DNA from: Eukaryota sp. GEM-RC1
Taxonomy: Eukaryota
Assembly: GCA_040285855.1 (NCBI GenBank)
Contig: JAUFOQ010000006.1
Span: 1,922,001 to 1,986,000 of the forward strand
Direction of reading: 5' to 3'
Length of the DNA: 64,000 nt
Shown: positions 60,603-64,000 of the stretch, piece after piece
How positions within the stretch are numbered: the stretch's first letter is position 1
Layout of the letters: every line of letters begins with the position of its first letter
Notes under the pieces: generated by a model
The model's database searches: none
The model's input: the letters and a program-made list of their open reading frames with translations, nothing else
What the model was told of the DNA's origin: nothing
Program-made: the position numbers and the translations under genes

Positions 60603-60706
60603 GTGGATTTCATTTCAAATGCATACACCTATATGCACTATCACCACAGTTTGACACATTGTGCCACTCATTTGCAAGCCTTTTAGGACGAGCTAACTTA
60701 TAAGAT
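60603..60706 (-). ncRNA. Putative Fanzor omega-RNA scaffold (locus 2)
   Basis: Directly 3' of the Fanzor stop. Hairpins ACTGT-GGTG-ATAGT and TGCATAT-AGGT-GTATGCA; shared 18-nt block at 60607-60624. Confidence 0.7.
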
Positions 60707-63700
60707 TCAGGATTCCGGTTCTTGATTCTCTACTTGTGAGTCTTTGGGTACATCTCTCTGGGCCTTACTTGGGCAATTTCTTCTATCATGTCCTGGTTGT
60801 CTACATATCGTACATGTACGAGGACTTTTAGGAGGCACAGGTCTTTGAGGACACTTTGCCGTTGTATGGCCTTCCATATGACAAAACTGACACTTACTCA
60901 CACTCTTCTTCTTGGGAACCTGATCTGTAATCCCACCATCCTCGATAGTTATTGTTTGAGATTTTGGTCTCTCGAGGACAGCAGGTCTACCTTGACCTTG
61001 GATAATTCCATTTACAATGTTATAAATGTTAATAGCAGAGTTGAAGTCTCTATTCCAGCGGACATGACATTTAGCACACTGAACTAAGCCCCATGGTGAG
61101 ACTTTGTTGCTCTTCAATCTTTCTTTCATGAATGGCAACTGTTTGGTCCATTCATCATCAAAATTACGTTTCACAACATTGCCTAATTGATTGTGTTCCA
61201 TCACTTCTTTTTTCAATTTCTTCTCCTCCTTCTGTAACTTCTTCTTCCACAGAGGATCAATGACTTTGACAAAGTCAGGATTGGAACAGATACCTTCCTG
61301 GTCTTCAGCAGCACAAGCAGAGCAACATTTGCTTGTCATAAATTCATCAACTAAGAAAACTTTAAATCCAAATTTTCTTAGTAAGTTTCGAAGAGTAGCG
61401 CCTTTTACTGTACTTGCCTTACCCCTTCTTCTTCGGAATTGAGTGTCATTCCAATCCCCAAAACCAACAACGACTTCATTGGGATCACCATATTGGAGAG
61501 CTAATCTGTGGACCAAGTTTTGTTCCCTTCGTTCTTTTCTTGAATATTGGGTAAGGCGTCTACGTCTAAAAAATTTTTCTTCATAAAGGCCTTCTGTTGT
61601 AGCAGGTATTTGTTGAGTTGGTCCTTTCTTAGGTAGTTTCTTTGATGGTCCTTTCTTAGATAGATTCTTTGATGGTCCTTTCTTTTGATGTAATCCTTCA
61701 GCAGTTGCTTTTCCAGTTGTGGTTGATCTCATTAATGCACAGAAAACTTCATTGTTAACCATGTATCTTGAAAATTCTTCCAATTTACATGATTTTCTTC
61801 TTGGAGTATCAGAACTGTAGGAATCCAGTATTTTCTGACCATTCCACACACTCTTCTCAAACTCAGTTGAGTACCTCTGTAATCGTTCACTTTCGGTCAA
61901 TTTGACAATTCCTCTGTTGCCACGTTTCCTTTCAAGTTTTTTGAAATTTCGTTTTTCCTTTCGTTCCTTTTTAGCTTTTTTTCTTTTTTTGTTTCTTTGT
62001 CAATTTTTTTGGAACTGTGATGGCTGATTTTTTCTTGGTTTCCATCTAGATTTGTTAATATCTGCCTTTCTCTCCCCAGCAGTGTATCGGAACACCTTCC
62101 ATTTGTCACGCCTTTTCCACTTTACAGGTTGTGGGTTAGTGTCTTGCTTCCAATCATTTAATTGTTTTTTCATTTTTTCAAACTTCCCCTTTTCTTAGAA
62201 GATAATGGAGCAATCTTTCTTTTTCTAACTAGGGTAACTGGCTTGGGCTCAATTTCCTTCTCACTTGAGGAATCATCCTTCTCAACTGAGGAATCAATAG
62301 ATTGTTCATTGGAAGTAAGATCAATTTCTGTAACACAAGCATTGGCCATTCCATTTTCTATCAATTGTTTTGTTTCATCGACTTCAAATTTCTCACACGC
62401 CTCTTCCTCATCAGTTTTTAAACTGGCACAATACATGAGATCATGTTGGTTGGGGTCAACAGCAACAATTCTCTTAGATTTTAAATTCAGCTCTTCAATT
62501 TCATCTTCACTTAAGGAATCAATATAACGCTCATTTGAAGCAAGATTAACTGCTATAACATTTTCACGGGCATTTCCATTTTCATCAAGTAAATCTTTCC
62601 TCATCATCAACAAACTACAACTTAAACCGTCTGACAAAATTGAAGTGTATTTAAAGTCATAGGATAATGACTCTGGAATAGCCTGAGGTTTTAATACTGA
62701 ATTCCAAATAGGTTTCCGTACATCATTATAGTTATAGGGAAGATCCCTACAAAATATTTCGTGAAACCATTGCGTATCGAACCTGATATGATTTGGAATT
62801 AAAGATTTAGACAACGGGAAAGGATTGTTTGCTCTTACACCAGGACAATAGTCTTCAATGAGACGGTTCAAATATAATGCATGACTTAAAAAGTATAACG
62901 GATCACTCTTTTCGGCATAGTAGATCGTTTTCTCCATCTTTCCTTCAAAATAATTAAACAAATAATTGAAGAATAATATACTCAAGTGAGATTCCGGATT
63001 GGTAAAAACTTGCTTGTCATCAAAATTAATTTTGGAAATTTCACCATTAATGATCAATTCTCTAACTTCATTAATCCTTTGACAGAGTTCTTGTCTTTGG
63101 GTTTTGTCAGTAAGAGCTTCCATTCTCTCTTTCTTTTGAGTAACCAAGTTAAAGACTTGAAAAACATACTCATGAAAGTGTTGGCTCATGTTGTTCTTAT
63201 AATTAGTAATAATTTCGGTTGCAACGTAACCGAGAGGGTTAGACAAATATAGTCCACTTGGAAACACGATCCTATCTCTGCCAACCATTTCACCAGCAGT
63301 TTCTAACAGAGGGATGTAGTTTGATAGGAAGTGTTGGGCGAACTCCTTCTTTGTAGTTGTTGTTTTTGCATTAGAAATGATGTTTTGTAAAGAGTTTTCC
63401 ACAGTTTTAATATGATCAGTACTGTTGAAAAATTGGTGATTTGGAATCCACATCATGGCCAACAGTTGTGACATTGGAGTCAACTTAAAGTAAGCTCCCC
63501 AGTCTGGTAATTCAAATTTGGTAGTTTGAATTTTAGTAAAAAGGTCAAGTTCAGGTTCACCAGTTTCATTTTCATCACCGTCTTCTTCTAAAATATGGCT
63601 GTCTTCTTCTGAAATTTCGGATTCAATTGTACGATCCAAACCAAAATCAGGGTCTGAAGTCACAGGCAATTCAGTTTCTTCTTCTAATTGTTGAGGCACA

Positions 63701-64000
63701 AACTCTTCACTTAAAACTTCTGTTTGTTCAGTGTCTGAAACTTCTGTGTCTGTTTCAATTTCTTCTTTAACAGTGAAAATGTAGTCAGATGGAGGTAGTA
63801 TCTCTTTGACCTTGTCGAAAATTAGAGAGTTGTGAAACTTAGTTACGAAAAAATGTTTCAACATATGAGTACCACGAACTCTGACTTGATGAGCTCTCTT
63901 AGCACAAGACTCCATCCAATTGGCTTTAGTCTTTGATACAACATTATCTAATCGTTTCTTCACTGTCTTCAATGGTGGTCGTTCTCTTAATTTTTGCTTC
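60707..64000 (-). CDS. Fanzor1 (TnpB-like RNA-guided RuvC nuclease) with two C-terminal CCHC zinc knuckles; 5' end outside window, ~1,100 aa or more
   Basis: KTVKKRLDNVV, YVATEIITNYKNNMSQHF, FPLSKSLIPNHIRFDT, ILSDGLSCS, ERYIDSL, RuvC-I VAVDPNQHDL, VFRYTAGER, FGDW, RuvC-II VDEFMTSKCCSAC, WGLVQCAKC, RuvC-III WNRDFNSAIN. Breaks fall in poly-A Lys-rich tracts (61900-62200). Confidence 0.92.

Overview
AT-rich, compact genomic DNA from a eukaryote, probably a unicellular protist: spliceosomal mini-introns, a NOL11-like gene and eukaryotic transposons are present, but the species cannot be identified from sequence alone. Most ORF breaks fall in homopolymer runs and look like long-read assembly indels, so many listed ORFs join into single genes. 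Contents: (i) a small host gene cluster (kinase-LRR, SKP1/POZ-LRR-DUSP, acid-sphingomyelinase-like, NOL11-like, RNI-like LRR); (ii) five decayed CRE-like non-LTR retrotransposon fragments; (iii) a young 6.8-kb Ty3/gypsy element with 91-bp LTRs and a chromodomain-like integrase tail; (iv) a ~24-kb gene for a giant beta-helix/LamG surface protein; (v) three hAT-type MITEs; (vi) two divergent Fanzor (eukaryotic TnpB-like, RNA-guided RuvC) genes that share a conserved downstream omega-RNA-like block. The most striking locus is 51.6-55.6 kb. There a Fanzor1 is fused in one uninterrupted frame to a family-B DNA polymerase 3'-5' exonuclease domain, lies just downstream of a perfect 2A/StopGo motif (DGDVESNPGP) and is followed by a structured omega-RNA candidate. 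I do not recognise this architecture from described Fanzors. The second Fanzor has an intact D-E-D triad and two C-terminal CCHC zinc knuckles, and it abuts a retrotransposon fragment that would supply its guide.
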